Positions 11,543 through 25,040 of a DNA stretch of 64,000 nt are shown piece after piece (position 1 is the stretch's first letter; each line of letters begins with the position of its first letter). A program made the position numbers and the translations under genes. This stretch comes from Dendrobates tinctorius (taxonomy: Eukaryota). The notes below the pieces were generated by a model that saw only the letters and a list, made by a program, of their open reading frames with translations, was not told where the DNA came from and ran no database searches. Location of the stretch: positions 4,712,001-4,776,000 of the forward strand of contig NW_027361872.1 of NCBI RefSeq assembly GCF_039654945.1. Reading direction: 5' to 3'.

Positions 11543-12674
11543 CTAGAAAACAAAGACATATCTACATCTCATTTGCTTCATATAAGCCATTTCTACATAA
11601 TTTCTGCACAGGATTTATAATTTGGTTTGATGAGTATTTTTGCAAAAAAAGTTCACTAAAATCCCTTATATTATTCCTCTTGGAAATGTGCAAATGCATT
11701 TACAAGCTGATGGTACTATTTCCCTTAGTTAAAGCGGAGTATCTCTGCAATGTCTCACACTGATCAATCCATGACTGTGTAGTGACAATCCCCTTATCTC
11801 CTGTATGTTCTCCCTACCAAGTTCCCATTCAGTAAAAAGTTTATTTTGGAATGGTGGTCTTTCTCATTGAACTATCCAACACCTGATCCTGGCAAACCAG
11901 CATCATCGGTTACATGGTGCCTGCACGGGCGTAGCGCCACCTCACAGCACAAATTAATACACCCAGCCAGGACCTCCACCTTCATGTAACGTGCCGGGGC
12001 ATAAGAGATGGGTACCTCACCTATGGCTACCACTCCGTGCCATGTTACACACACTCCAAAGTCACGTTGACCGTGAGTTTAGAGCGTAATGACAGTGGAG
12101 GTGATGTCAATAGAATTAATGAAGCTATAAAATTGAGTAAAATAAATGAATAACGGATAGGCCAGCTCATTAGTATGAGACTAGTGGTCAACCTTGTTAA
12201 CTGAAGACTCTAGAACCTCCTAGTGAGCAGAGGGTATCTGAAATCACCAGTAGTTCAGCGCTTAATCTGCCAAGTTTGTCAAAGCTCAATGTAATTTCAG
12301 GAAGATTGTCTATAAAATTAGGTCAATCACTCCAAAGTCCCAGCCACCAAGTACCTCTCTTCTGTGTAACTGTCTGCCCAATGCCTGCTGTCAAGTGTAA
12401 TCCGTCACTTGCAGCAGAGAGACAGAGGTGGATTACAGGAAGTAGCGGCAGGGTTTTGTCTCTATAGGAAGTGAGGGTGGATCTGTCTCCTAGCATTTGC
12501 TCTGAAAATCCGATCCAATGTGCTCATCTAAGATGCTACCCTCTGCCTATTGTTGAGTGCAATCCATCTCTAGCAGCAGAGACACCAAGACGGATTACAG
12601 GAAGGATGGGCGAGGTTTTGTCTCTGCTCCTCATCTCCTATTTGTTAATCTGTTTACAGACATTGCAGAGAGAT

Positions 12675-13041
12675 GAAAAAAAGGGATCGTTCCAGCTACT
12701 AAAAAACTTGCTTTATTGAAGAAAATTTAAAATAACAGCATGTCGGCTTTCTCCTCTCCAGCAAAGGATACGCTGGAGGGCACTAGAGACAGCTACGCAT
12801 TTCGATCCACTAAGGATCTTTTTCTAGTGCTCCCAGCCTATCCTTTTTGGAGAGGAGAAAGCCGACATGCTGTTATTTTAAATTTTCTTCAATAAAGCAA
12901 GTTTTTTAGTAGCTGGAACGATCCCTTTATTTTTCTTCAATCAATGCTTCGCTGAAGTCCAGATGCGGTTCCGTGATCCGGCTGTTTGGTTGGTGAGCTG
13001 GCTAGGGCTTTTCAGCCCATATCTTTATATTTGTGCTATTA
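12675..13041. repeat. Penelope-like inverted insertion with hammerhead remnant
   Basis: Arms ~12680-12787 and ~12823-12928; loop on minus strand GAUCC-uuagu-GGAUC-GAAA-UGCGUA; candidate TSD CAGAGAGAT at 12666 and 13042. Confidence 0.6.
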
Positions 13042-13489
13042 CAGAGAGATCCATTGGAAAATAGAGTGCACAGACTATGCATGGAAAAGTGGGAAAGATA
13101 GCTCCAATACCTATAGTGCTGGCAGAATGATGATGATGCACAAAAGGACCATACTTTTTTTTTTTTTACAGGTTTTGTGTAAAAGGAAATGTATGAGTTA
13201 AGAAAATATAACCAGAAATTTCCTTTTAAATGAAATAATTTTCAATAACCTTTTACGGATTACAATTGTTATTGCTACCTTTACAGTATAAAATGAATAG
13301 AAAAGCTCCTATTAATTGATGCTCATTATGCTCATACATTACTAAATTACTGACTAGAAGCTAATAAACTGTACTGTGCTCGGCTGAATTGATTTCGCTT
13401 TCTTAGAGTGTATTAATTGAAGAAATGATTTCTTTTAGAATTATTAATAAATGTCAGAAATGAAGAAACTAAATGACTATTGTACTTAC

Positions 13490-13564
13490 AAGAGATTTGG
13501 TCCAGTGGCTCCCTTTAAGGCATCATTATTGAAACGTTGTAGATTTTTGTTGTCATTAAGGAAC
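13490..13564 (-). CDS. LHCGR: LHCGR exon 8
   Basis: 75 nt, cacgcag/gtaagt; FLNDNKNLQRFNNDALKGATGPNL(L), LHR-type GATGP. Confidence 0.93.
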
Positions 13565-14825
13565 CTGCGTGCAACAGATATTAATTACACTACATTTCAA
13601 TTTTAATAGTCATGAGATCCTGCATACTAATATTGTGCCTGGAGTGAAGTGACTTTGCCTGTGTTATTACATGATTTATCCAAATCTACTGCACAGGGCA
13701 TTCTTGAAACTGGACATAGCTAAAAAGTGTCACAGTATTATCTTAAAGGGAATCTCTCAGTAGTTTTTTTCCATTGTAGAGAGCATCATAATGCAGAGAC
13801 AGGGACCCTGATTGCAGCGATATGTCACTTACTGGGCTGCTTGCTGTAGTATTGAGAAAATAACATGTTTTATCAGCAAGAGATTATCACTAGAGGACTA
13901 GTAAGCAAACCTGCTGCTAGGTAGTCCAACCACACCCCCCACACTGATTGGACGCTTACTGCCTAAGTACAGTGTACACAGATAGCTGCCAATCAGTGAT
14001 GTGGGCGGGTTATACAGAGCTCAGCATTCAGATCTACAGCAGATAAAACTGTGATTTTATCAAAACTGCAACAAGAACCCTGTAAGTGAGACATTACTGG
14101 AATCAGGATATCTGACCCTACATCATGACGCTCTCAAATGGGTAGCCGAAATAACCATTTTTTATTTTTGTGCTTTTATTTTTTCTTCCCATATTCCAAC
14201 TCCCGTTTTTTTTTTGCTGCATAAGAGTTTACTTTTTGCAGGATAAGTAGTAGTTTTGAATGGTCCAGGATTTAAGGACAATAAATTAAGTTGTGGTGCC
14301 TCTGCACCTGGAGGTCCTTCATCCTGCCATTCACTTTACTATACAATATACTATAAAGCAGGACAAAAAATATTCAAAGAGGGTGAAATGGTGAAAAAAA
14401 CCCCTATACTGGTGCCATTGATTTGTGGGTATCATATTTATGGGGTTCAATGTTCTGTAAAAATGACCTAGATTCTAGAAATGAGTTTGACTATGGCAAT
14501 ACCAAACATATTGTCATCGTGCCATCCTTGGGAATGACAGCACCTGTGAAAGATGTCAGCGGAGGGAGCAGATAACAGAAAAGAGTGACCTGTCAATCAC
14601 TGAGAGGAGGCCGGCGCTGAGGAGTGAAAGAGGGAGGCTTGGGCTGTTGGATCACTTGGTTTTGTCAGTTCTGGTCCATTCTGTGCTATGTGAATCAATG
14701 GTCTTCTCTGTCCTCAGGATCAATATGGTGACTCTGAGCCAGCTTCTTGGAGACACTAAGGGGGTGTCTTTGGTCAAAAAATAAAAAGGCTACTTAGCAA
14801 GTATCAGCGCTCTATAGAAAAATAC

Positions 14826-15189
14826 AACTCTTTATCTCAGTGGTGCAAAAAAATATTTTATTCTTTTGTGGCAGCAGATAAAGACAGAATATGGCTATGA
14901 GCTGAGCGACAAAGTTAGACATTTTGACCCCGCGAGAGTCTTTTTCACCGGGCGGGAACACTGAATCAAGCTATAGCAACACAGGACCTAATGACATATG
15001 CCTTGTGCAGTCCTCCACTATCGAGAAACATTTCTTCCCTTCTTGCTTCAACAATTTAAAATGACTGAAAAAGACCCTGGCGGGGTCGAAACGTCTAACT
15101 TTGTCGCTCAGCTCATAGCCAGATTCTGTCTTTATCTGCTCCCACGAATGAATAAAATAATTTTTTTTGCACCACTGAAATAAAGAGTG
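14826..15189. repeat. Penelope-like inverted pseudo-LTR pair with hammerhead-like motif
   Basis: Arms ~14826-14947 and ~15065-15189; plus strand CUGAAAA-a-GACCC-uggcg-GGGUC-GAAA-CGU-CUA. Confidence 0.6.
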
Positions 15190-15299
15190 TGCCGTGAATT
15201 TCCCTTGCCTCGGTCTAAGGGGTCATCATGTATCCCGTTGCACCAGCACCTCGTAAAGCTACCGAGTGCACGCCAATCCTTTGAATCTACAAATCTTAA

Positions 15300-15732
15300 G
15301 GCCCCGTCACACACTGCGATCTCGCTAGCGAGATAGCTGATTTTGTGACGCATCAGTGATCTCTCCAGCGAGATCGCTGTGTGTGACGGGGATCAGTGAC
15401 AGGCCCCCCTGCCCGGTATCGCTGATCATGCTCGATCGGCCTGGGCCATTTTTTGATCGCTGGTCTCCCGCTGGCCAGCACGTGTGGCAGCGAGAGACCA
15501 GCGATCAGCGACGCTGGACGCTGGTTTCCAAGGTAAACAGCGGGTATCCAAAAGCGACAGTTCCTGGATACCCGATGCTTTCATTAGAAACCAGCTTGCT
15601 CGCTGGTCCTGATCGCTGGAGGGGCTGTCTATGTGACAGCTCACCAGCGATCAGCCTAGCGATGTCCCAGCGATCCCATCCATGTCGGATCGTTGGTGGG
15701 ATCGCTGGGACATCGTTATGTGTAACGGGGCC
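15300..15732. mobile_element. Palindromic Harbinger-like MITE
   Basis: TIR GGCCCCGT(C/T)ACAC; internal CAGCGATC/GATCGCTG repeats; flanked by TAA and TTT(A). Confidence 0.7.
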
Positions 15733-16469
15733 TTTACTCCAACAAGGGCTTGAGTAGGATTTGTGATGAGGCACACACAGAGGTGTATGCCACTCGTCCG
15801 ATCCTCCTGATTTATCAAGAGGGGTATGCCTGTTCATGAATCAGGACCGTCTGACTCCAGACCATCTCCTCATTAACCTCGCTTTTTGTATCACTCAGAA
15901 AGTACATAAAATAACCATTTGCTTTTTTATGTAAAATCGCAGTTCATATGTTCAGTCCTTGGAGTGTCTTTTAACCACTTCAGATTTCCAAAAAAATGCC
16001 AAGCGGCTAAAAGAAGCGAGTGTGGGCCATTTTTCAGGTATCTTCTGCTCTGAAGCCACTCTATACTTAATTATACAAGTCAATGGGAAGGCCCAAAAGA
16101 TACCTGGGCATCTTTTTAAGAATTGTGCCAGCTTTTTTAACTGAAAAAACACAAGCAGCTACTTCTTTGTTGAAATAAAAAAAACATCTAGAAAACACTG
16201 GAAAAAACACAAAGAAAAAAACAAAACACTAGTGGTCAAAAACATGTTCAGGTAACAACCCTAAAACAGACGCTTCAGGGAAAAAGAAAGGCACTGTTTT
16301 CTAAAAGATCTTCCTTTCGAAGAACTCGGCGAGATCGCCTGCCTGAAAAAGACGCTGTGTGCACATATCCTTGGTCTAGTAAATAACAACATTGGTAAAT
16401 TTGGTGAGTAGCGCACACAGGGTTAACCCTCCACGCGCGGTCTCTACAGAGTAGAATAATTATACCTAC

Positions 16470-16538
16470 AATTGATCCAGCTTTGTGCCGTTGAACGCAC
16501 AGTTTTGTATTTCTTCAAATCCATTTCTGAAAAGTTTC
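16470..16538 (-). CDS. LHCGR: LHCGR exon 7
   Basis: 69 nt, ctttag/gtaggt; KLFRNGFEEIQNCAFNGTKLDQ(L), containing the glycoprotein-hormone-receptor AFNGT motif. Confidence 0.93.
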
Positions 16539-17130
16539 CTAAAGCGTGAAAAATGCAAGGGTCACATTAACACTGACAGGACTCGCTAAGCAGTAAATGG
16601 CTTTGTAAACACTTTTGCTTTTTTTTACCCAGTTTCTAATACAGAAATTCAGTTTGCGGGAAAAAAAAAATACCTTTGGCTGTTTTCCCTAAACTGTGTC
16701 ATTATTTAACCCCTTCAAATCTGGGTGATTTTCTCCTTAATGCATTTTTTTCTTCCCCCTCTTCCAAAAGTTATAACTTTTTTATTTTCCCATCTTCGTC
16801 ACCCTATGAAGCCTTGTTTTTTTTTTAAAGGTACGAATTGTCACTTTTAATGACACTATTCATTTGCAATATAAAGGTAATGAAAAACAGGAAAAAGATT
16901 CCAAGTGAGGTGAAATGGCGAAACCCTCTCCTCAGCTAATTCACCATTATTTTGGGGTTATCATTTTACATTTTTCGTTAAAATAGCCATACAGAAAACT
17001 CTGACATTTTGTTTTATCATTTTTCATCCGTGTGCAATCCGTTTTTATTGCTGTGCGGATTAATTCCTGGTTCGAGCAATCCGTTTTTATACATCAGCGG
17101 TTGATAAAAATTTAAAGAGACCAAATTTAA

Positions 17131-18790
17131 AGGGATTGTCTACTAGTAGGACAACGCCTTCTTAAACTAAATGTTTGGATACGACAAAATTATAAAGCTT
17201 ATACTGACCTTCCGTGCCAGCGCCATTACCGCGGTGTGTATACTCGCGCTGTGATGCGGTGTTGTGACATATAATGCCGGCGCCAGTCAGCTCTGGCCTC
17301 ACTGTCTCCGCCTTCAGACAAATGGAACAAAGATCAGCTGCAGCCTGGACTTCCTCTTCATGGTCAGTTTGCCCAAAGGTGGAGTCAGTGATGCCAGCAG
17401 TGATTGGGCGCTAGGCATCCAGTGTCATTCCACTGCCCCAGGACCGCGAGTGCTGACACTGCTGGAATGGAGCCCACACAGGAGGTGAGTTTAGGCTTTA
17501 ATAATAATAATAATAATAATAATTTTATTTCTATAGAGGGGACTTGTACAGACAATAGACTTTACAGCATAACAATAGACACATACTGTAGATCAAAACA
17601 GATACCAAGAGGAATGAGGGCCCTGCTCGCAAGCTTACAATCTGAGGAAAAGGCGAGACATGGAAGGTAAATGGTAACAATTGCTTTTGTTGTTTGGACC
17701 AGCCATAGTGTAAGAATTGGGTGTCCATGTAATGCTGCATGAACCGGTTATCAGCTTAAGTATGTAACAATACAGGCACAAAGGGCTATTAAATGCATAA
17801 AGCATGTGAGAACATGATACAAGGAACCTGGTTATGGTAAAAGATTTTGAATGGGTAGCACAGGGATAGTTAGGTTAATGTGTTGAGGTGGTAGGCCAGT
17901 TTGAACAAATGCATTTTTAGGGCACGGTTAAAACTGTGGGGATGGGGGATTAATTGTGTTTACCTGGGTAGTGCATTCCAAAGAATTGGCGCAGCACGTG
18001 AAAAGTCTTGGAGACGGGAGTGGGAGGTTCTGATTATTGAGGATGTTAACTTCAGGTCATCAGCAGAATGGAGAGATGTAGGGTGGTGCTGAGCCATGGA
18101 GTGTTTTGTGGGTGAGGGTAATAAGTTTGTACTGGATTCTGGAGTGGATGGGTAACCGGTGTAATGACTGGCACAAGCTAGAGGCATCGGTGTAACAATT
18201 GGTGAGGAATATGATCCTGGCTGCAGCATTCAAGACAGATTAGAGAGGGGAGAGTTTGGTAAGAGGGAGACCGATTAGTAGAGAATTACAAAAGTCCAGA
18301 CAAGAATGAATAAGAGAAACAGTAAGAAAGGGTCGAATTCTAGAAATGTTTTTGAGGTGCAGATAACAAGAGTGAGCCAGTGATCTGATGTGAGGGGTGA
18401 ATGAAAGCTCGGAATCAAGTATGACCCCAAAAAAGCGGGCATGTTGCTGGGGAGTAATGGTGGAACCACACACGGAAATGGCAATGTCAGGCATAGGTAG
18501 GTTAGTAGAGGGAGGAAAGATGAGGAGTTCAGTTTTTGACAGGTTCAGTTTCAGATAGAGGAAGGACATGATGTTAGAGACAGCGGTAAGACAATCACCG
18601 ATGTTTTCTAAAAAGGCAGGCGTGAGATCAGGAGAAGTGTATAATTGAGTGTCATCAGCACAGAGATGATACTGGAACTCAAATCTACTGATTGTTTGAC
18701 CAATAGGGGCAGTATACAAAGGCTTTATTATTTTTACCAGGGTCGAACATTTAGTTTAAGAAGGCGTTGTCCTAGTAGTGGACAATCCCT
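17131..18790. mobile_element. TTAA-targeting T2-type MITE carrying an L2 insertion
   Basis: TTAA|AGGGATTGTC(T/C)ACTA...TAGTGGACAATCCCT|TTAA. Confidence 0.8.
17501..18719 (-). mobile_element. 5'-truncated L2/CR1-group LINE
   Basis: RT C-terminus YHLCADDTQLY...LKLNLSKTELLIFP...RLQDFSRAAPILWNALP; (AAT)n tail at 17501-17523; TSD AGGCTTTA. Confidence 0.85.
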
Positions 18791-20272
18791 TTAAGAATAC
18801 TAATTTAAAAGACCAAATTCAGTTTCTTATGTTAACCCCTTCACCCCTGGGTGCTTTTCTGTTTTTTTTTCTCCTCCTCTTTCAAGAGCCATCACTTTTT
18901 TTTCTGTACAAATAGCCGTATGCGGGCGTTTTTTGCGGAACAAGTTGTGCTGTACTTTTAAATGACATCGTTCAATTTATCATGTAATGCACTGCAAAGT
19001 AGGAAAAATATTTCAAGTGCGTTGCAATTTCACATTTTTTTTTTAAATCTACCATGTTTACTTAACAATAAAACTAAGCTGGCATTATGATTCTCCAGAT
19101 CGGTACGATTACACAGATACTAAACATGTCTATACCAACAAATATTTATTTGAGTAACACAAGTATAAGTGATGCCTACAGAATAATTTAAAGAATAAAG
19201 CAAATGGTGGAAGGACTGTGAGTTATTTTACAATGAGTACAACAATTCGGCTGTACAGAATATCAACACAATTCTAATCCCACACTATTGTTCTGTTATT
19301 ACAAATAAACAAAATATTGTCATCAATGATATCTTGGTCCTAATACCTGAGGTGCATCACCATCACTATCGGGCCTGTTACCCCTGTCTCTCTGTCACGC
19401 TCTAAGTAATACGAGTCGTAATTCAGACTCTAACGGAGGCCTATAATGCTATGCCGGTATGCTGCGAGTCCCTAATCAATGAGTCACTTTGTACACCCGT
19501 GACGCTGACCACCTTTATCCCATGAAGCCCAGCCCCAGTCCCCTGTGCACTGTATGTCTACACCAGCTTGGTTGTCTCTCTCGGCTCTGGCTCTGCTTCC
19601 TCAGCTCAGATCTCTTGTCTCTTGTCTCCGTTTCTGGTTACTTGATTATTCACTTGGATCTGGTCAATCGATTCTTCTTTCCAGTCTGGTCACTCATAAT
19701 GGCGACTATAAGTCAATCTCGCTGCTCGGCACGTCCGTCCTACTACAGGTTCAGGATCCAACTTCCCCCTTTCTCTGCCCTCCTGGACTTTTTATAATTA
19801 CTAACTGCTCCTCAGCTGATCTGGTGTCTCCTCCAATCTCTTCCCCGACAGAACATGCACTTTACTTTTCAGTTCCTACCGATGCAATTCTGCTTTCCCT
19901 TTTCCTATAATCTTTAACCAACAGATGTCAGATCTCGGTGTTGGCTTGCAGACACTCTGTTAGGCATTAACTGTGTGAGTCTTCTCACTTGTCTATCTCC
20001 ATACAATCATGTCACAGGTGCACCAATGGGCAAGTGGAATGATGCCCTTCCCTGATCAGAACCCTGTATTAACTGGAAGCCGGCTAACGGAAATTACAAG
20101 GGTGAGCCACAGCTGGCCATATAGTACATGGGGCATCCACTTAGCATACCCCTGTAGCTTGCATTTAGGGACTATCTCTAGTATTTTGGTTTATCAAGGT
20201 TGCCCCAAGTTTTGGGGTGGGGGATCACTCTTCTATGTACCATTATTCATCTTGTATATATATATATATATA

Positions 20273-21876
20273 CAGTGGGGAAAAAAAGTATTTAGTCAGT
20301 CAACAATAGTGCAAGTTCCACCACTTAAAAAGATGAGAGGCGTCTGTAATTTACATCATAGGTAGACCTCAACTATGGGAGACAAACTGAGAAAAAAAAA
20401 TCCAGAAAATCACATTGTCTGTTTTTTTTTTCATTTTATTTGCATATTATGGTGGAAAATAAGTATTTGGTCAGAAACAAAATTTAATCTCAATACTTTG
20501 TGATATATCCTTTGTTGGCAATGACAGAGGTCAAACGTTTTCTGTAAGTCTTCACAAGGTTGCCACACACTGTTGTTGGTATGTTGGCCCATTCCTCCAT
20601 GCAGATCTCCTCTAGAGCAGTGATGTTTTTGGCTTTTCGCTTGGCAACACGGACTTTCAACTCCCTCCAAAGGTTTTCTATAGGGTTGAGATCTGGAGAC
20701 TGGCTAGGCCACTCCAGGACCTTGAAATGCTTCTTACGAAGCCACTCCTTCGTTGCCCTGGCGGTGTGCTTTGGATCATTGTCATGTAGAAAGACCCAGC
20801 CACGTTTCATCTTCAATGCCCTTGCTGATGGAAGGAGGTTTGCACTCAAAATCTCACGATACATGGCCCCATTCATTCTTTCATGTACCCGGATCAGTCG
20901 TCCTGGCCCCTTTGCAGAGAAACAGCCCCAAAGCATGATGTTTCCACCACCATGCTTTACAGTAGGTATGGTGTTTGATGGATGCAACTCAGTATTCTTT
21001 TTCCTCCAAACACGACAAGTTGTGTTTCTACCAAACAGTTCCAGTTTGGTTTCATCAGACCATAGGACATTCTCCCAAAACTCCTCTGGATCATCCAAAT
21101 GCTCTCTAGCAAACTTCAGACGGGCCCGGACATGTACAGGCTTAAGCAGTGGGACACGTCTGGCACTGCAGGATCTGAGTCCATGGTGGCGTAGTGTGTT
21201 ACTTATGGTAGGCCTTGTTACATTGGTCCCAGCTCTCTGCAGTTCATTCACTAGGTCCCCCCGCGTGGTTCTGGGATTTTTGCTCACCGTTCTTGTGATC
21301 ATTCTGACCCCACGGGGTGGGATTTTGCGTGGAGCACCAGATCGAGGGAGATTATCAGTGGTCTTGTATGTCTTCCATTTTCTAATTATTGCTCCCACAG
21401 TTGATTTCTTCACTCCAAGCTGGTTGGCTATTGCAGATTCAGTCTTCCCAGACTGGTGCAGGGCTACAATTTTGTTTCTGGTGTCCTTTGACAGCTCTTT
21501 GGTCTTCACCATAGTGGAGTTTGGAGTCAGACTGTTTGAGGGTGTGCACAGGTGTCTTTTTATACTGATTACAAGTTTAAACAGGTGCCATTACTACAGG
21601 TAATGAGTGGAGGAAAGAGGAGACTCTTAAAGAAGAAGTTACAGGTCTGTGAGAGCCAGAAATCTTGATTGCTTGTTTCTGACCAAATACTTATTTTCCA
21701 CCATAATATGCAAATAAAATGAAAAAAAAACAGACAATGTGATTTTCTGGATTTTTTTTTCTCAGTTTGTCTCCCATAGTTGAGGTCTACCTATGATGTA
21801 AATTACAGACGCCTCTCATCTTTTTAAGTGGTGGAACTTGCACTATTGCTGACTGACTAAATACTTTTTTTCCCCA

Positions 21877-21879
<3 letters not shown>
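20273..21879 (-). mobile_element. Full-length Tc1 (IR/DR-type) transposon
   Basis: ~215-bp near-identical TIRs starting CAGTGGGGAAAAAAAGTATTTAGTCAG; inserted in a (TA)n tract. Confidence 0.97.
20490..21512 (-). CDS. Tc1 transposase, intact 340 aa, DD34E
   Basis: Paired-like HTH N-terminus, [24 protein letters not shown] with 34 residues between the second D and E; no stops. Confidence 0.95.
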   Translation of the reverse strand: MVKTKELSKDTRNKIVALHQSGKTESAIANQLGVKKSTVGAIIRKWKTYKTTDNLPRSGAPRKIPPRGVRMITRTVSKNPRTTRGDLVNELQRAGTNVTRPTISNTLRHHGLRSCSARRVPLLKPVHVRARLKFAREHLDDPEEFWENVLWSDETKLELFGRNTTCRVWRKKNTELHPSNTIPTVKHGGGNIMLWGCFSAKGPGRLIRVHERMNGAMYREILSANLLPSARALKMKRGWVFLHDNDPKHTARATKEWLRKKHFKVLEWPSQSPDLNPIENLWRELKVRVAKRKAKNITALEEICMEEWANIPTTVCGNLVKTYRKRLTSVIANKGYITKY

Positions 21880-21911
<32 letters not shown>

Positions 21912-22073
21912 CAGAGTGCAGGAAAGTAGCTGGGAATAGAAATTTCCCTCCCAGGATGATCTTTGTTCACAGCTCTCATGTTTGTAGTTTGGCCAATGAC
22001 TGTATTTTTAGAGGCTAATACAATTCCCCAATACGTCCATACCATATAAAAAACAAAGAATTGTGTTACTTAC

Positions 22074-22151
22074 AGAGTCAAGGACTCATTGTTCATCTCT
22101 TGGAAAGCATTCGCTGGTATCGCAGTTATATGCAGATTGTCATAGATTTCC
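22074..22151 (-). CDS. LHCGR: LHCGR exon 6
   Basis: 78 nt, ctcccag/gtaagt; [25 protein letters not shown](L) versus LHCGR [26 protein letters not shown]. Confidence 0.95.
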
Positions 22152-23164
22152 CTGGGAGAAGAGAAACATGTAAAAGTGATGATGTGACATCAGTAAATAC
22201 AGTAAATAATGGAAAGTGGCAAAAAGGGGGATTATACAACTCATCCTAGTTTTTTTTTCCTTAAAAAATATTGTTATCCAAAGGCTGTGTTTGGTATCGC
22301 ATGAGATCCCCTATTGTTGTGAATGGGACCAGACACAACCCAAGAGCGCTACTATTTATAGGAAAACTAATTTTTCTGCCCCAAATCCCATAAATATGTA
22401 TGTTTAGCCATGTAGGCTGAGTAGGTCCAGCATGGGATACAGTTCCACCGGTCTTTTGCCTTCCTGTTGTCTCTTTATTATGGCAATTAACAGGGGTAGG
22501 GTGACAATTAGGGAAACCCACCTACAACACATTGATGCAATATTATAGTGATATGCTGCTAAGATCTATGCTGACATGGAAGCATCAAGGGCCAGGGGAA
22601 GTTTTAATGAAGTGATGGTCTAACTTGCACACTACTGGTCCATTCAAAGTTTCTGGGCTGAGTCAGATCTGATTTTGAGCGAGCATTGATTGACAACTGT
22701 AGAAGACAACTGGCACTCGTTTACAGAGGGCAATGCAAACTGCATGGGAACAAAAGGACAGTGGGATTGTTTGGCCCCCATACAGTTTTCTGGTTCCTCG
22801 GCAGCACATCTTGTTTACATATGGAGATGTGCTACTGATGATTTTTAGGCAGCATAAAGGAAGAGATCTTTGGCCAAGTTTACAAGCGTGAATGGTTGGG
22901 CATGGACTCTCTTAGGCATCATGCACATGGCTGTATTTTCGCTCCAAGTGCGGTCCGGCAAAACCGGATTACACTCGGATCAATGATATTTTACTTGGCT
23001 GTGCACATGTCTTAATTTTTCCTCGGACTGAGCCAGACCAAGAATAAGAAAAAATTGCTGAGTGCCCGAATTTGATCCGATGACATGCAAAATATTGGCA
23101 GAATGGGGCAGATTCTTCTTTATAATGCACTACCAGTAATACCCTCAATTATTTCAATCTTTAA

Positions 23165-24240
23165 TCTAATATATAAAGCTCAAAGTGTGTATGTATGTGT
23201 ATATGTATGTATGTGTGTATGTGTGTGTGTGTGTGTTTGTCCGGGATTGGCATCTGCACCGTCGCAGCTACAGCCACAAAATTTGGCATAGTCACACGTC
23301 TGGACCCCGAGAGCGTCCTAAGCTATGTTGTGAGGTGAAATTTTAACCCCGTGCGTTCCAATTCACCAAAAATTTTGCCCCTATCTACATACTGGGGAAA
23401 AAGTGTGTGCGCATCAAGCCCCGCCCCTCATTATGATGTCATAATGCCCCTATCTACATAATGGGGAAACAGTGTGTGCATATCAAGCCCCGCCCCTCAT
23501 TATGATGTCACAATGGTTACCATGGCGACACTGATGTCATCAAGCCCCGCCGCTCATTATGATGTCATAATGGTTGACTATGGGATGGAGGATGTGTGAT
23601 GGGTATATGGGCACTGGACTATGGGATGGTGGATATGTATGACGAGTATATGGGCACGGGACTATGGGATGGCGGATATGTATGATGGGTATATGGGCAC
23701 AGGACTATGGGATGGAGAATATGTATGACGGGTATATGGGCACGGGACTATGGGATGGAGGATGTGTGAGGGGTATATGGGCACTGGACTATGGGATGGA
23801 GGATATGTATGACGGGTATATGGGCATGGGACTATGGGATGGAGGATATGTATGATGGGTATATGGGCACAGGACTATGGGATGGAGGATATGTATGATG
23901 GGTATGGGCATGGGACTATAAGATGAAGGATGTGTGATGGGTATATGGGCACTCGACTATGGGATGGCGAATATGTATGATGGTTATATGGTCATGTGAC
24001 TATGGGATGGAGAATATGCATGATGGGTATATGGGCACGGGACTATGGGATGGAGGATATGTATGATGGGTATATGGGCACGGGCCTATGGGATGGAGAA
24101 TATGTATGATGGGTATATGGGCACGGGCCTATGGGATGGAGGATATGTATGATGGGTATATGGGCACGGGCCTATGGGATGGTGGATATGTATGATGGGT
24201 ATATGGGCACGGGACTATGGGATGGAAGATAAGTTTCATG
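23165..24240 (+). mobile_element. Probable non-autonomous Helitron 5' part with a 40-bp minisatellite
   Basis: A|TCTAATATATAAAG start followed by a (GT)n tract; tandem GGACTATGGGATGGAGGATATGTATGATGGGTATATGGGCAC-like units at 23576-24230; no CTAG 3' end seen. Confidence 0.5.
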
Positions 24241-25040
24241 GCCTTTTAGTGAGGGTTACACAATGGGTTTCTCCCCTTCTGTTTTCAATTAGCCTTGCAA
24301 ATATTGGCTTTACCTTTTATTAACCCATATAAAAGGACCTTAAGGCAGGTGCCATATATACCCAGGTGCTTGGATCCCCATCAGCCTAAGTCCTCATTCA
24401 GATGAGATAAAAAATAATAATAATAAACAATAAACAAACCGATTTTCATCAGTGTGCTGGATCTGATTTTCATTCTTTCCTGGCCCATGTACTGTATATT
24501 TTTTATCCATCATTGCGGCATCCATTTTTCTGGTATTCAAGAAAAAAAAATTCAAGCTTCTCCTACCCATCAAACCAGGCCCGGATTGGTAACTTGCCCA
24601 ACCGGGCACTTTCCCGCTGGGCCGCTATTTATAGCCAGTTGTGGGCCACACCGCTTTCTAATGCGGCGGCCACCGGCCTCTTTTAACTGCCGCCGGCCCT
24701 TTAAATTTGCGGGCATGGCGGCGGTTTCAAAGGTGCAGTCGCCATGATTTTGGAGTGGCACCCTAGGGGTTAAGAAGGCGCCATGACGTGAAGCTGCACG
24801 TCGCGGCGCGTTCTTTGAGGGCGGAGCCGGAGAGAGCATGCTGTGCCGCTGCTCTTCCTTCAATGGTTGCCAGGCCTGCAGGCAGCACTACTCATTGTCC
24901 TATCATCGGCAACGGATGGCGTCCAGGCAAGAATCCAGCTCCAGGAGCGGCTGCTGCGACTCCTACACCTGGGCGCTGGCTCAGGTCCAGTAAGTTGGCC
25001 GGGGTGGGGGTGAGTTTAGTTATAAAGAGGCGGGGGGGTG

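Noticed and set aside
19130-20255. Possible LTR or ERV remnant
   Set aside because: Has TATA- and poly(A)-like motifs on the minus strand, but no definable termini or TSD
20560-21603. 347-aa plus-strand ORF
   Set aside because: Antisense shadow of the Tc1 transposase with no recognisable domain
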